Below are positions 1 through 11,239 of a stretch of 64,000 nt of DNA, piece after piece. Location: NCBI GenBank assembly GCA_033764955.1, contig JANRIL010000005.1, positions 32,001 through 96,000 on the forward strand, in the 5' to 3' direction. Numbering within the stretch: position 1 is the first letter of the stretch; every line of letters starts with the position of its first letter. Origin of the DNA: Cyanobacteriota bacterium. GTDB taxonomy: Bacteria > Cyanobacteriota > Cyanobacteriia > Thermostichales > Thermostichaceae. Under the pieces are notes generated by a model. That model was not told the origin of the DNA. It searched no databases and was given only the letters and a program-made list of their open reading frames with translations. A program made the translations under genes and the position numbers.

Positions 1-2
1 CA

Positions 3-440
3 GAAGACTATTGCCCGTTGCGCCTTTCTCGTCTGGAGGCGATCGCCCAGGCTTTGAGTTGGTCTACGGCAACCTTAACCGTCTTTCGCGATCGCTATCT
101 GGCACTTTGGGGAGGGGATGTGCGACCTTTTTTCCTCACACCCCAGGCACCCTGGATTATTGAAAATGTTGCGGTGTTGCCAGAAGCGCGGGGGCGAGGC
201 TTTGGCAAAGCGTTACTCAAAGCGTTGCTGGAGGAGGGACGAGCGCAGCAGCATGACTTCGCCGGAATTATGGTGATCAATGGCAACGATGTTGCTCGCC
301 ATACCTATGAGTCCATTGGGTTTAAGCCCTATCAAACCTTCCACGCCGATTACTTTTCAGAACAATTCAATATCGAGTTTCCGGGAGTGACGAAGTTTGG
401 TCTGCGGCTTAATGAACAGGAGAATAGCCATGTCCTTTAA
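3..440 (+). CDS. GNAT family N-acetyltransferase (probably 5'-partial at window edge)
   Basis: VAVLPEARGRGFGKALL acetyl-CoA motif and N..A...Y...GF; frame is open back to position 3. Confidence 0.8.
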   Translation, partial: EDYCPLRLSRLEAIAQALSWSTATLTVFRDRYLALWGGDVRPFFLTPQAPWIIENVAVLPEARGRGFGKALLKALLEEGRAQQHDFAGIMVINGNDVARHTYESIGFKPYQTFHADYFSEQFNIEFPGVTKFGLRLNEQENSHVL

Positions 441-1125
441 AACCATTCTGGTGGCAGGTGCGAGTCGTGGCATTGGACTTGCGGTTGCAGACCATTTGAT
501 AGGCCAGTGCGATCGCCTATTAGCGGTATCTCGAACCGTGGCTCCGGTAGGGGAATGGGTACAGGCCGATTTGTCTAACCTGACAGGGATAGAAACGGTA
601 GTCAACGCGATCGGGGCGGATGCCTTAGATGCGTTGCTATATATGGGTGGAACCTGGGAAACCCACGCCTTTACCCCTCAGTATCGTTTTGAAACCTGTT
701 CTGATGAGGACATAATGCGCGTGATTGCTGTCAACCTGGTTGCTCCTATTCGATTGGTGAAAGCATTACTACCGGCCCTACGACGGTCAGATAATCCCAA
801 AATCATTTTTATGGGGGCGCTTTCTGGTCGAGATAATTTTCCAGCACGGGAAGTTGCCAATAGTGCCTCGAAGTTTGGACTGCGGGGAGTAGTGCATTCC
901 TTACGGGAAGAATTGCGATCGCAGCAGATTGGTGTAACGGTGATTAACCCTGGTAATGTTGGCACACCCGAAGTTTTGTCAGACCTCGCAGCCGCCCATC
1001 TGACGGGCGGTGAAGCTATTCCTCTCAGCGATCTTCTTTCCATCGTTGATTGTGTTCTCTCTTTGTCACGGGCTACTTGTATTAAAGAGATTGATTTACC
1101 TGCAATGCTCGGTGAGGGAGCTTAA
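430..1125 (+). CDS. Short-chain dehydrogenase/reductase
   Basis: GASRGIG Rossmann motif; NSASK at the YxxxK position; overlaps the GNAT stop. Confidence 0.85.
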   Translation: MSFKTILVAGASRGIGLAVADHLIGQCDRLLAVSRTVAPVGEWVQADLSNLTGIETVVNAIGADALDALLYMGGTWETHAFTPQYRFETCSDEDIMRVIAVNLVAPIRLVKALLPALRRSDNPKIIFMGALSGRDNFPAREVANSASKFGLRGVVHSLREELRSQQIGVTVINPGNVGTPEVLSDLAAAHLTGGEAIPLSDLLSIVDCVLSLSRATCIKEIDLPAMLGEGA

Positions 1126-1180
1126 TAGAGCTTAAATTTATGACACTGGCGATCATTGAATGAGTTGCTAGCTGCCAGCC

Positions 1181-1265
1181 ACCTAACACTGGGTTGGTAC
1201 GGACGGTAGAAAGGCTATCTGTGGGAGTTCAAGGTTATCTGCTGCTACACAACTTCGACCTTCTG
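1181..1265 (+). mobile_element. Degenerate orphan attC-like site
   Basis: ACCTAAC-ACTGGGTTGGTACGGACGG...AAGGTTATCTGCTGC resembles the reverse complement of the attC family in the 21-30 kb array; R' GTT box eroded. Confidence 0.55.
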
Positions 1266-1680
1266 CTACGACATCTACTTGCTCAAGAACCTTAAAGACG
1301 GCTTAGCAGTAAGTAGTGAGATCCGTAACGGGTAATTCACGAAAAGGCTGTAAATAACGGATCCTTTCCGAATCCATTCCTCTCCATGGGCAGTCTTGCC
1401 CCCAAAGCTCTGTACAACTGCGATCCTCTTGCCCGCTTTGAGCACTTGATGGAATGGAGATGCGTCTGCCCTTTCCCAACTATCGAAGAGCATGATTAGG
1501 GCTGACACTGGAGCCAACCGGAGGGGTTGATCGTCGTCCTCACCTTCGAGCGCTGGGGATCAAGGATGGCAACTCAGAATGGCTGAAGCATTGGCTGTAG
1601 GGTCAGCTAACTCTGTGGTCTTGCGTGATCCTGAGGAAGAGGGAGTGAGCTATTTCTAGAGAGCAGATTGGCTAATTGAA

Positions 1681-2469
1681 ATGGTTATGGGTGCTGGGCA
1701 GTCCTGGGATATGTGGGGAGTTTATTCGGTGTGGCGACGCCATGCGAAAGTTTATCAAAAAACCTGGCTGGTCAACTTTTTGCCGCCCGTCACCGAGCCG
1801 CTTGTCTACTTGTTGGCCTTTGGCTATGGTCTGACCCCGATGGTGGGATCCCTCACCTATTTGGGACAAGAGGTTTCCTATCTCTCCTTCATGGCTCCCG
1901 GCATGATTGCGGTGGCGGTTTTGTTTCAAGCTTTTTTTGAAGGAGCCTACGGCAGTTTTATCCGCCTGCATTATCAACGCACCTGGCACGCTTTATTGAC
2001 GGCTCCCATGGGTTATGCTCAGGTGTTTGTGGGGGATTGGCTGTGGGCAACCACACGAGGTCTGATTTCAGGGCTGATCACAGCCATGGTGACGGTGCTG
2101 CTGGGTCTCTATCCCTGGACAGGACTTTTGGGATCCCTGCCCTTCTTGTTGCTGGGCAGTTTATTGTTTGCGGCGATGGGTCTGCTCACCACAGGATTAG
2201 TGGAAACCATCGATCAGGTGAATGTGCCGATTTTTACGTTGGTAGTGCCGATGTTTGTCTTGTGTGGCACTTATTTTCCCCGCGATAACCTGCCCCTTTG
2301 GTTAAAAGGACTCACCGCCTGCCTGCCTCTATCTGGACTGGTGGATTGTTTGCGCTGGCCGCTGGGATTGGATGCCACCTGGCCGCTGCAATTATTCTGG
2401 CTGATTGGTTTAATGGCACTGTTGACGGGGTTGAGTTATCGACAAATTTTTCGCAAATTATTTCGCTAA
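1681..2469 (+). CDS. ABC-2 type transporter permease (NodJ-like)
   Basis: Six-TM pattern, YLSFMAPG and LLTAP motifs. Confidence 0.85.
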   Translation: MVMGAGQSWDMWGVYSVWRRHAKVYQKTWLVNFLPPVTEPLVYLLAFGYGLTPMVGSLTYLGQEVSYLSFMAPGMIAVAVLFQAFFEGAYGSFIRLHYQRTWHALLTAPMGYAQVFVGDWLWATTRGLISGLITAMVTVLLGLYPWTGLLGSLPFLLLGSLLFAAMGLLTTGLVETIDQVNVPIFTLVVPMFVLCGTYFPRDNLPLWLKGLTACLPLSGLVDCLRWPLGLDATWPLQLFWLIGLMALLTGLSYRQIFRKLFR

Positions 2470-2482
2470 GGTTGCCGCACCA

Positions 2483-2653
2483 TTAGGAACCAAATTTCTG
2501 TTTGGCCTGTTCATAAACCGCTTCGGTAATTTCTTCAAACCCTGCTTCTTGGGCAAACTTTTCAATCTTTTTGCGAGCGGCAGGCCGCACAAAAAACGGA
2601 ATCTCTTTCAAACGAGCTTCGGCTTCAGGAGTCCAGGAGGGGAGAGGGTTCAT
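2483..2653 (-). CDS. PCP reductase C-terminal-domain family small protein
   Basis: WTPEAEARLKEIPFFVRPAARKKIEKFA signature. Confidence 0.8.
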   Translation of the reverse strand: MNPLPSWTPEAEARLKEIPFFVRPAARKKIEKFAQEAGFEEITEAVYEQAKQKFGS

Positions 2654-2789
2654 AGGAGATGACCAAAGGGATCCCATCGAGTCAGAACAAATTAAGCTTT
2701 TGTTTGGGTTTGATTCTAACGAATTTTCTCCGGTTTGCTGTGGATTGGCGGCAGATCATTGGGGATGCCCCCAACCGGGGTCTCCTGGC

Positions 2790-4802
2790 TTAGTCGGGGG
2801 TGTTGCTATCGCCAGGCACTTCCCGAAACTCTAAAACATCCGCCCGTGCATCGGCGTGATCCACTTCTAGATTGATCCATTCTCCTGGCTGCACATGTCG
2901 ATGAAACCGAACGGGCACGCGAAAGGCCACTTCATCAATCATCACTAAAGCTAAGTTTTCGTATTCTCGCAAGTGTCCCAAAATGAGTGCCCGCCAGATA
3001 TGGGGAGGATGTTGGCGAAAATACTCAATGCTCCAATACCGCTTGGATTTGCGCTCCACCTGCACAGCTTCACTGCTGCTGGGTTCAAGAGCCAGAATCA
3101 ACTGCTGCACCTGTTCAGCCGAAAAGGGCAAGGGATCCCCGGCCAAAAACGCCTTGATCTGAAAGTGAGCGATCAAGTCGGCATAGCGGCGAATCGGGGA
3201 GGTGACTTGTGAGTAGGCACTCAACCCCAATCCGGCATGGGGAGCGGCGGCGATACCCATTTCGGCCTTAGACATGCAGCGCATCAGGGCAAAGGAATAA
3301 ACAGGTCCAGGGGGCAGTTGCGCCAGTTCTTCAGGGGGAGGCAAATCGGGGGGGGCTTGATGGCGATAGGGCAGCGGGATCCCCTGTTGTCCAGCAAACT
3401 GAGCGGCGGCTTCTCCCGTCAAAATCATCATTTCCGCCACCATCTGACGTGCCGGGGTATCTTCGATCACCCGCATCTGGGGGATCCCGTCCACTATTTT
3501 GATGTCTTGTTCCGGTAGGCCGATGGTAATAGATCCTTGGGCGGTGCGCCAGCGAAAGCGCAGGTGGGCGGCAGTGGCAAGAGCGGTCAATTCTTTCTCA
3601 GCCCCCAGTTCCAACATCTCATCGGCATCTTCATAGGTGAGGCGGTAGGTGACCTTCACCCAACTGGGCACAATCTGGCACTCCCCTAACCCCCCGTTCT
3701 CGTCCAAAACCACGCCAAAACTGAGGGCTTCCCGCACCTCCCCCTGCACCAAACTCATTGGCCCCGTCGAGAGGCGCTCAGGAAACATCGGGATCACCTG
3801 TTCCGGCAGATAAACGCTGGTTCCCCGTCGGCGTGCCTCCAGATCCAGAGGATCCCCCACCACCAGCCAACGGCTGGGATCCGCGATATGCACCCAAACT
3901 CGACAGCCCTGATCCGCCAACCATTCCACACTTAAGGCATCATCGATATCACGAGTGCTGGCATCGTCGATGGTATAGGTGTGCAGATGGGTCAAATCCC
4001 GCCGTTGGGTTCTGTCGACAGGTGGATCTGCTAGCAACTCGCTCACCCACTGCTCCAGTTGGGGGCTAAAGCGGGTGGGAATGCCCGTCATTTTTAGGGC
4101 GATGTTTTCATGCTTGCTCCAAATTTGCAGATCGACCAGAGTCGCAAAAGCAGCTTCGGGGGTAGCGGAACGTTGTAGAAAACTCAGGAGCTTGTGGGCT
4201 TGTTCCCGATCTGAGGATGCCTCGCCATGCAGGGCAAACCGTTCTAAGCACTCTAGCCGTTGCCGTTGTGCGGCAGTCCAAGCCAGCGCTTGCTGAGGAT
4301 GGGTCAAGGCTTGGCGCAGGCGCTGCTCAAATTCCGTCTGTTCCTGGGCTTTTTGTTGAGCCAACAGCAACTGGTGTTGAATTTCCCTCACCTGCTGCGG
4401 GGGACGAGGTTCAAAACTCTCCGCTTTTTGTTTGAAATAAACGCGATCATCCGCCAGCAGCCGGTAGGTGGCATAGATGGAAATGGTGGAGGTGTCGGAG
4501 AACAAAATCTGAGCAATATCGGCTAATTCCACCGTGCGATGGCTCTCCTGCAGCAGTTCCCAGGCAATGCCTAGGGCTTCCGGATCTAAGCGCTTTTCCA
4601 CTTCCTGCCAAAATTCTGCGAGATCTTGGGGGCGAAACATATCGCGGCTGGGCAAGCTGAAGGAAATCTGCCGCGGATGAACACTATGGGTTTGTCCCGA
4701 AGCCACCGTGAGCAGCAAATTTTTCTTGCCTTCCATGCCCTGCACAACGGCTAGCTGGCGTTCATTATGGTGACGAAACTCGACCAGTGTGCCTTTTTCC
4801 AC
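2790..4802 (-). CDS. RNB-domain exoribonuclease (RNase II/R family)
   Basis: TIDDASTRDIDDALS and TSPIRRYAD motifs; likely GTG start at 4802. Confidence 0.9.
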   Translation of the reverse strand: MEKGTLVEFRHHNERQLAVVQGMEGKKNLLLTVASGQTHSVHPRQISFSLPSRDMFRPQDLAEFWQEVEKRLDPEALGIAWELLQESHRTVELADIAQILFSDTSTISIYATYRLLADDRVYFKQKAESFEPRPPQQVREIQHQLLLAQQKAQEQTEFEQRLRQALTHPQQALAWTAAQRQRLECLERFALHGEASSDREQAHKLLSFLQRSATPEAAFATLVDLQIWSKHENIALKMTGIPTRFSPQLEQWVSELLADPPVDRTQRRDLTHLHTYTIDDASTRDIDDALSVEWLADQGCRVWVHIADPSRWLVVGDPLDLEARRRGTSVYLPEQVIPMFPERLSTGPMSLVQGEVREALSFGVVLDENGGLGECQIVPSWVKVTYRLTYEDADEMLELGAEKELTALATAAHLRFRWRTAQGSITIGLPEQDIKIVDGIPQMRVIEDTPARQMVAEMMILTGEAAAQFAGQQGIPLPYRHQAPPDLPPPEELAQLPPGPVYSFALMRCMSKAEMGIAAAPHAGLGLSAYSQVTSPIRRYADLIAHFQIKAFLAGDPLPFSAEQVQQLILALEPSSSEAVQVERKSKRYWSIEYFRQHPPHIWRALILGHLREYENLALVMIDEVAFRVPVRFHRHVQPGEWINLEVDHADARADVLEFREVPGDSNTPD

Positions 4803-5064
4803 CCGTGGCTCCTTATCCGGTAATGCTGCCTGTGGCCATGTTGGGGACAAGAAGCAGCCATTGGGATCCCTAAAAACCGTAGATCCAACCGTCATCTGAA
4901 GTCCATGGGTTTATTCTCCCTCACCAGGGAGCTAGGGACAATTGGGCTGAGGCGGAAAAGGGCTAGTTACTTATCGTCTTCCATTGTTGCCCAGAATACA
5001 TTTGACCTGTGAGATCTCTCCTAGTCTGGATGAGCCACGTGGATGGGTTCTTGAGGAGCTGCTT

Positions 5065-6171
5065 ATGAAAGGATTGCGAGGGGTGTTGGCGGTTGGGGTG
5101 GCAGGGGGGTTATCCTCTCTGTTGGTCAGTTGTGGAGAAAGCTCTAGTTCGGCTCCTCCCCTGGACGCCCCTCCCATCAGCCGCCTGTTGGTGGGTAATA
5201 CCCGTGGCAATAACGTGGTGCAGTTTGACCCTACGACGGGAGTTTACCTAGGGGAATGGATTGCGCCTGAAACGGCTGGCCTATTTTCTCCTGACACCCT
5301 CCTGCTAGGACCTGATGGCAACGGGGACAATATTGCAGATCTTTACATTGCCAGTGGTAACTTACCGGGCACCACAGCCACCCTAGGAGCTTCGGCAGTG
5401 TTGCGTTTTGATGGGGAGACAGGAGCCTTTATCGATACTTTTGTGGGGGATGATCCGACAACAGCAGTGGACGAGACAGGGGGATTGATCCGACCCTATG
5501 GCATGGCCTTTGGTCCGGATGGCTTGCTCTATGTCAGTAGCTTTTTGAGTGATGAAATTTTGCGCTATGACAGCCTGACAGGGCAGTTTATTGATGTGTT
5601 TGCGGTGGGAAATCAACAGCCTGGAGGTTTGAATGGCCCGAATGGACTGCTATTTGATAGTGAGGATAATTTATATGTCACCACCCAGGGCAGTGTGGCA
5701 GTGGATGGAGAAGCCGATTTTTCGCTGGGTCTGCCCAGTCAACTACTGAAATTTGATATTGTTACCGCAACTTCCGAGGTTTTGGCGAGTCCGGATCCTT
5801 CTCCAGAAAGTTTTGGGTTTGTTAGTCTATTGGGCTTGGCTTTTGGCCCGGATGGGCTACTGTATGTGAGTGATTTTGCCAATGATATTCGGGTTTATGA
5901 TTCCAACACCGGAGTGTTGATCGACACCTATTCCACCAATTACACAGGCACATCCCCTAGCAGCAATTTTATAGGAAGTCTGGCTTTTGGCAGTGAAGGC
6001 ACTCTGTTTGTGGTGGGTTTTGACAATGAGGATGACAACAACCCAATCGGTACTATCCTCCGCTATGACAGCGCAACTGGATCCCCTTTTCCCTCTCAGG
6101 GCAACGGCGGTGCCATTTTTGTGCCTGCCAATGCTGAGTTGGTGCGCCCGATTGGTGTTTTATTCTATTAG
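5065..6171 (+). CDS. NHL/beta-propeller repeat lipoprotein
   Basis: Lipobox LLVSC; repeated P.G.AFGPDG.LYVS blades. Confidence 0.7.
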   Translation: MKGLRGVLAVGVAGGLSSLLVSCGESSSSAPPLDAPPISRLLVGNTRGNNVVQFDPTTGVYLGEWIAPETAGLFSPDTLLLGPDGNGDNIADLYIASGNLPGTTATLGASAVLRFDGETGAFIDTFVGDDPTTAVDETGGLIRPYGMAFGPDGLLYVSSFLSDEILRYDSLTGQFIDVFAVGNQQPGGLNGPNGLLFDSEDNLYVTTQGSVAVDGEADFSLGLPSQLLKFDIVTATSEVLASPDPSPESFGFVSLLGLAFGPDGLLYVSDFANDIRVYDSNTGVLIDTYSTNYTGTSPSSNFIGSLAFGSEGTLFVVGFDNEDDNNPIGTILRYDSATGSPFPSQGNGGAIFVPANAELVRPIGVLFY

Positions 6172-6779
6172 CCTGAATAGCTAGCCCCAAGCTTAGATAA
6201 GGATTGACCTCGAAAAGGTTGATTAAGCTATCAAAAAGACTCAAATACTCAGCTCTCCAGCTATGCTGGGTGAGCACGGCTATTCCCCAGTTTTATAGAA
6301 TAATTTCTCTGAGAAAGCGAATGGATAAGTATGGGGTCAACTCTTCAGAGGGAAAATAAAATCCTCTAATCAAAGTAGGCAATAAAAAATATCAGATACT
6401 TTACTTTTGATTAGGATTATTCTCGTTCAGCAATCTAGCAATCACAAAAAAACAAGAAAATTTTTGTATCTTCTTTATTTTAAGTAAAATACCCAAAGCA
6501 CTCCTCCCATAGCTCATTTAACCTTTTCGTTTTTATCTGGTCTGGGTTACTTTAACAAAACGAATTTAGGATATTTAAGCTAGGACGCACTTATTTTTTG
6601 AAAGAATATACTGCCTTGAATTTATTAGATGATTAGTTGTCTTCTATTTTACTGTCAACCAACACAGCTAGGTTTCTCTCCCATCACGATCGACTGAGGA
6701 TCTGGGAAGGTCAGGCGGAAATGAAGTTTGTATGATCGTGCCAGCAAGGGTGTTGCTCACGTCCTTTTTGGGATCCCGT

Positions 6780-7601
6780 ATGGCTGTTCTGCCCCATCAC
6801 TTGATTGATAAATCGCAGCCCATCATTGAGTTGCAAAACGTCTCGAAGCGGTTTGGCTCGACGGTGGTGCTCGATCAGGTCAACATCCAGGTTTATCAGG
6901 GAGAAGCTTTGGGCATTGTCGGGCCTTCCGGTACTGGCAAATCCACGCTGCTGCGGATGATCGCGGGGTTAACCGAGCCAGATACCGGCAGGATCCTCTG
7001 GCAAGGGATCCCGCTGACGGATATCCTCAATCACCAAAAAGCCAGTCCCCTACGGATCGGCATGGTGTTTCAACAGGCGGCTCTTTTTGATTCTCTGACG
7101 GTGGATGAAAATGTTGGTTTTTTGCTCTATCAGCACTCCCGCTTACCTCGTCCCCGCATTCGAGAATTGGTATCCCACAAGTTAGAGGCGGTGGGCTTGG
7201 CAGGCATTCAAGACCGCTTGCCGGAACAGCTATCGGGGGGGATGCGGAAGCGGGTCAGCTTTGCCCGCGCCATCATGGAGGATCCCTCTAGCCCGCAAAC
7301 GGATCCGCAGGTATTGCTCTACGATGAACCTACCGCCGGACTGGATCCGATTGCCTCCACGGTCATCGAAGATCTGATCCGCGAGCTACAGCAAATCAAG
7401 CGAGTCTGCAACAGCTACGTGGTGGTCACCCATCAAGACACCACCATTCGCCGCACCACCGATCGGGTGATTCTGTTAGCTCACGGGAAAGTGCAGTGGG
7501 AGGGAGAGGTTGCGGCAGTAGATCAAGAGACTAATCCCTATGTCCGACAGTTTTTTAGCGGCAGTGTGGATGGCCCAATTCAGATGGCGGGACAGATATG
7601 A
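6780..7601 (+). CDS. mlaF: MlaF-like ABC ATP-binding protein
   Basis: GPSGTGKS, LSGGMRKRVSFARA, YDEPTAGLDP; upstream of an MlaD-family gene. Confidence 0.85.
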   Translation: MAVLPHHLIDKSQPIIELQNVSKRFGSTVVLDQVNIQVYQGEALGIVGPSGTGKSTLLRMIAGLTEPDTGRILWQGIPLTDILNHQKASPLRIGMVFQQAALFDSLTVDENVGFLLYQHSRLPRPRIRELVSHKLEAVGLAGIQDRLPEQLSGGMRKRVSFARAIMEDPSSPQTDPQVLLYDEPTAGLDPIASTVIEDLIRELQQIKRVCNSYVVVTHQDTTIRRTTDRVILLAHGKVQWEGEVAAVDQETNPYVRQFFSGSVDGPIQMAGQI

Positions 7602-8773
7602 TGCGTTCACGAGCAGTGCGAGAAGGAGCCGTGGGGCTGTTGATTTTAGGAGGAGCAGTCACCTTTGCGGGACTGTTTATCTGGATTTATAACCTACGCC
7701 TACAAACGGCTGGCTATCGCTTTACCTTGACCTATGAGAATGTATCGGGTCTTGCCGAGGGTGCTGCCGTGCGGCTGCGGGGGGTGAGCATCGGACGGGT
7801 AGAACGAGTGGATCCCCGTCTGGAGGCGGTCTATGTCGATATTTTTGTGGATAACTTGCAGCCGATTCCCCGTAATGCCGATTTTTACACCAGTCAAACG
7901 GGGTTGGTAGGACAGACGGTGATTGATATTTTTCCCAAAGCCTCCGCCACACTGCCAGTGGGTGCGAAGATGGATCCGACCACAGCCAACTGTGACCCGC
8001 AGGTGATGGTCTGTGCTGGCTCCACCTTAGCGGGCATTGCCGGCGTCGACTATGCCCAATTGATTACTCAGTTAGATCAACTGGCGGATCGGATCAACAA
8101 CGATGAGTTTTTTGAGAATCTCAACAAAACCCTGACTGGGGTAACGGAGGTGAGCCAGAGTGTGGCGAAGCTGTCCACAACGGTGGACGAAAAAATCGCC
8201 GCCCTCCCCCTCGAAGATCTCGATCTGGCGCAATTCACCGCAGCAGCTCAATCGATCCAAACTACCGCTGCTGATCTGTCTGGAGTCATCCGCGACAACC
8301 AAGCCATCCTGACAACTTCCCTGACGAATGTAGCGGCAGTCAGTGAAAGCCTGAAGAGAATTTCTAGCGGCTTGGAACCTGTGCTGACGGATCCCGAATT
8401 GCCCGCCACCCTCAAGCAAACCCTAGCTGAAGCCAAACTGGCGGCGGAAAATGCGGCGCGCGCCACAGCCAATTTGGAGGAACTTTCGGCTAGCCTCAAT
8501 GATCCGGGCACCCTGGCAACCCTCCGGCAAACCCTCGACTCCGCCCGCATTACCTTTGAAAATGCTCAAAAAATTACTGCCGATCTGGATGAACTGACCG
8601 GGGATCCCCAATTTCGGGAGAGCTTGCGGAATTTGGTGAAGGGATTGAGCGGGTTGGTTTCCCTTGACTCCCCCTCCACGGCTCCCACGGCTTTGCAATC
8701 CCCGTCGGTGGATCTCAACGCCGCTTCTCAACCGGTAGGATTTGTGTTGGCTCCTGGAGCCTTAGACCGTTAG
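7598..8773 (+). CDS. mlaD: MlaD/MCE family protein
   Basis: N-terminal TM, GL..GA.V.LRGV.IG.V MCE motif, helical tail. Confidence 0.85.
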   Translation: MMRSRAVREGAVGLLILGGAVTFAGLFIWIYNLRLQTAGYRFTLTYENVSGLAEGAAVRLRGVSIGRVERVDPRLEAVYVDIFVDNLQPIPRNADFYTSQTGLVGQTVIDIFPKASATLPVGAKMDPTTANCDPQVMVCAGSTLAGIAGVDYAQLITQLDQLADRINNDEFFENLNKTLTGVTEVSQSVAKLSTTVDEKIAALPLEDLDLAQFTAAAQSIQTTAADLSGVIRDNQAILTTSLTNVAAVSESLKRISSGLEPVLTDPELPATLKQTLAEAKLAAENAARATANLEELSASLNDPGTLATLRQTLDSARITFENAQKITADLDELTGDPQFRESLRNLVKGLSGLVSLDSPSTAPTALQSPSVDLNAASQPVGFVLAPGALDR

Positions 8774-8972
8774 CCATAATTCGTTACAAAATCAGCCAGT
8801 CCCAAGAGCGGATGGGGTTTGCTCAGAAAGACAGCAAAAGTGAGATCCCCCTTCCCACAAGGGTTTTTATCTAGACAGCCAAAAACCCCATTTGGGGGAA
8901 TCGTTCGGGAACAAAGACACTTCGAGATGTGTCTTAAGATTTTGTAAACATTGCAACTTACATAGGTTTACA

Positions 8973-9515
8973 ATGACTCGTCAATTGTTAGCTTTGTCTC
9001 TGACCCTCCTCTCTGCCTTAGCAGTTTCCCCCGTGTTAGCCCAGACCGCCACGACCCAGCCTGCCCCTGCTCAAGCGGGAGATGCCATGGCGAAGCCTGG
9101 GGATATCGTGACCGTGGCTAGCGAAGCGGGATCCTTCAAAACATTAGCAGCGGCTCTGGAAGCGGCTGATCTGGTGGAAACCCTGAAAGGAGAAGGCCCC
9201 TTCACTGTTTTTGCCCCTACCGATGAAGCCTTTGCCGCTTTGCCCGAAGGCACCTTGGAGGAGTTGCTCAAGCCGGAAAACAAAGAAAAACTGGTGGAAA
9301 TTCTGACCTATCATGTGGTGGCAGGGGAAGCCCTCTCTACCTCCCTCAAGGATGGTGAAGTAGAAACCGTCGAGGGTGCGGCTGTGGAAGTGAAAATCAA
9401 CGCGGAAGCCAAAGAAGTGATGGTGAACGATGCCAAAGTGGTGCAAGCGGATGTGAAAGCTTCCAATGGCGTCATTCATGTCATCGATAAGGTGATTCTG
9501 CCCCCTGAGTCCTAA
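8973..9515 (+). CDS. Secreted fasciclin (FAS1) domain protein
   Basis: Signal peptide; [10 protein letters not shown] and [10 protein letters not shown] motifs. Confidence 0.92.
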   Translation: MTRQLLALSLTLLSALAVSPVLAQTATTQPAPAQAGDAMAKPGDIVTVASEAGSFKTLAAALEAADLVETLKGEGPFTVFAPTDEAFAALPEGTLEELLKPENKEKLVEILTYHVVAGEALSTSLKDGEVETVEGAAVEVKINAEAKEVMVNDAKVVQADVKASNGVIHVIDKVILPPES

Positions 9516-9591
9516 TATCCACTGTTAGCTCAGTCACCCAAGATCCCTTAATCCTGGGGATCCCAACCCATTCCTTCTAATCGTTGATGCC

Positions 9592-9619
9592 AGCCCTGTT
9601 CGCATGAGCAGGGCTATTT
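9592..9619. terminator. Probable intrinsic terminator between convergent genes
   Basis: AGCCCTGTTC-GCAT-GAGCAGGGCT hairpin followed by ATTT. Confidence 0.55.
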
Positions 9620-9657
9620 GATGGGGATCTGTAGGCAATACCCGATGAAAGCCCTGA

Positions 9658-10818
9658 CTAAAAATAGCGTCGCGGATTCACCGGTTGCCCCTTGACCCGT
9701 ACCTCAAAATGCACATGTGGTCCTGTGGATAGCCCGGTCGAACCGGAGGCCGCAATCGCCTGTCCCCGTTGCACGACCTGCCCCTTACCAACCACCAGCC
9801 GACTGTTGTGGGCATAGAGCGTGGTCAGCCCACCGCCGTGGTTGAGAATGACGGTGTTGCCATAGCCTCCATACCAGCCAGCATAAATAACGGTGCCACG
9901 ATCGGCGGCTCGCACAGTAGTGCCCGTAGCGACGCCAAAATCAATGCCGGCATGAAAACGCTGCGTGCGATAAACCGGATGAACCCGCCAACCAAAATTG
10001 CTGGTGACCGGTCCCCCGACGGGAGCCTGCAAGCGACCCGTTCCTTGCACGGGATCCCCCTTGGCGGTTTGCTGTGCAATCAACTGCTGAATCAACCCAC
10101 TCAGTTGGCGAGAATCCGCCTCCAGCCGTCCTTGAGCCGCTTCAAAGGCGGAGCGCTCAGTGGATAAGCGCCCGATCAATTGCTGCTGTTGAGCCGCCTG
10201 ATCTTCCAGTTGATCTTTTTGCTGAGCCAACTCCTGCAAGATCAGGGCAATCTCATTTTTTTGGCTTTCCAGGGCGATGCGTTGTTGCTGAACGGCTTGA
10301 GACGTGGTTTGCAATTGGCTAATCAGTTGCCGATCCGATTCGATCAACAATTGCAGTTGATGCCGTCGATCAAAAAATTGGTTGAGATCCTTGCTATTCA
10401 ACAGCAACGCCCACCAGTGTTCCGAGCCTTGTCGTTGCAGATAACGCAGTCGTGCCGCCGTCCCCGCCTGCTGCCGTTTTAGCTTGACCTCCAGAATATC
10501 CAGTTCCTTCTGGGCTTTTTCCAGGGCTTTCTGAGCCTGTTGCAGACGAAATTGTTGATCCTGGAGCTGCGTGTTGGTAACGCGGATATTATTTTGCAGG
10601 GATCCCATGCGCTGACGAGCCGCGTTTTCCTGCTGGCGCACCTGATCGAGACGGGTGGAGTTATCCTGGATTTGCCGTTGGATTTGCTGCTGTTGCTGCT
10701 TTAGGGTATCGACACTCTGAGCCTGGAGCGGCGGAGAAATCGCTAAAAACCAGGCTACCAGGACTCCCAAAAGCCACAGCCCTATCCTTCGGGTTCTCCA
10801 CAGCATGAACTTCCCCAC
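9658..10818 (-). CDS. EnvC-like coiled-coil M23 peptidase
   Basis: Long coiled coil; HAGID and GPHVHFEV M23 motifs. Confidence 0.88.
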   Translation of the reverse strand: MGKFMLWRTRRIGLWLLGVLVAWFLAISPPLQAQSVDTLKQQQQQIQRQIQDNSTRLDQVRQQENAARQRMGSLQNNIRVTNTQLQDQQFRLQQAQKALEKAQKELDILEVKLKRQQAGTAARLRYLQRQGSEHWWALLLNSKDLNQFFDRRHQLQLLIESDRQLISQLQTTSQAVQQQRIALESQKNEIALILQELAQQKDQLEDQAAQQQQLIGRLSTERSAFEAAQGRLEADSRQLSGLIQQLIAQQTAKGDPVQGTGRLQAPVGGPVTSNFGWRVHPVYRTQRFHAGIDFGVATGTTVRAADRGTVIYAGWYGGYGNTVILNHGGGLTTLYAHNSRLVVGKGQVVQRGQAIAASGSTGLSTGPHVHFEVRVKGQPVNPRRYF

Positions 10819-11239
10819 TCACACCTTAGCTGGCGCTCATCCTACCACGCGATTTTAAGACTGGTGGCGGGGAGAGGCTTACGGGCAAGCAAAATTCCGA
10901 AAAAAGTAGGGTGACGATTGTGACCGAGAATTGCAAAATAGAAGGAAATCGTCCGTACCATAAGCAAAAGCATAGGTATAGATTAAGATGACTGGCTCCG
11001 GAGCTAAGGAGGATTTTTCAGGCAAAACTACGCCATTTGTACGATTTAACTCCCACCGCTTCAGGGTTACGATAGGTACTTAAGATAGGGGTTAACAACT
11101 TTTCCCCTGCTGGCAAGGTATCCGCCTAGTCACCCAATGATGGGCTAAGGGTCAGGCCACGTTCCTCAACCTTCTCCCATGGATCAACCTACTGTCATTC
11201 GGGTAAATTTCGGGTAGTGGTAGCTTTTCGGACTGAGTC

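Noticed and set aside
1275..1517. 80-aa minus-strand ORF
   Set aside because: TTG start, no recognisable motif; cannot be supported as a gene
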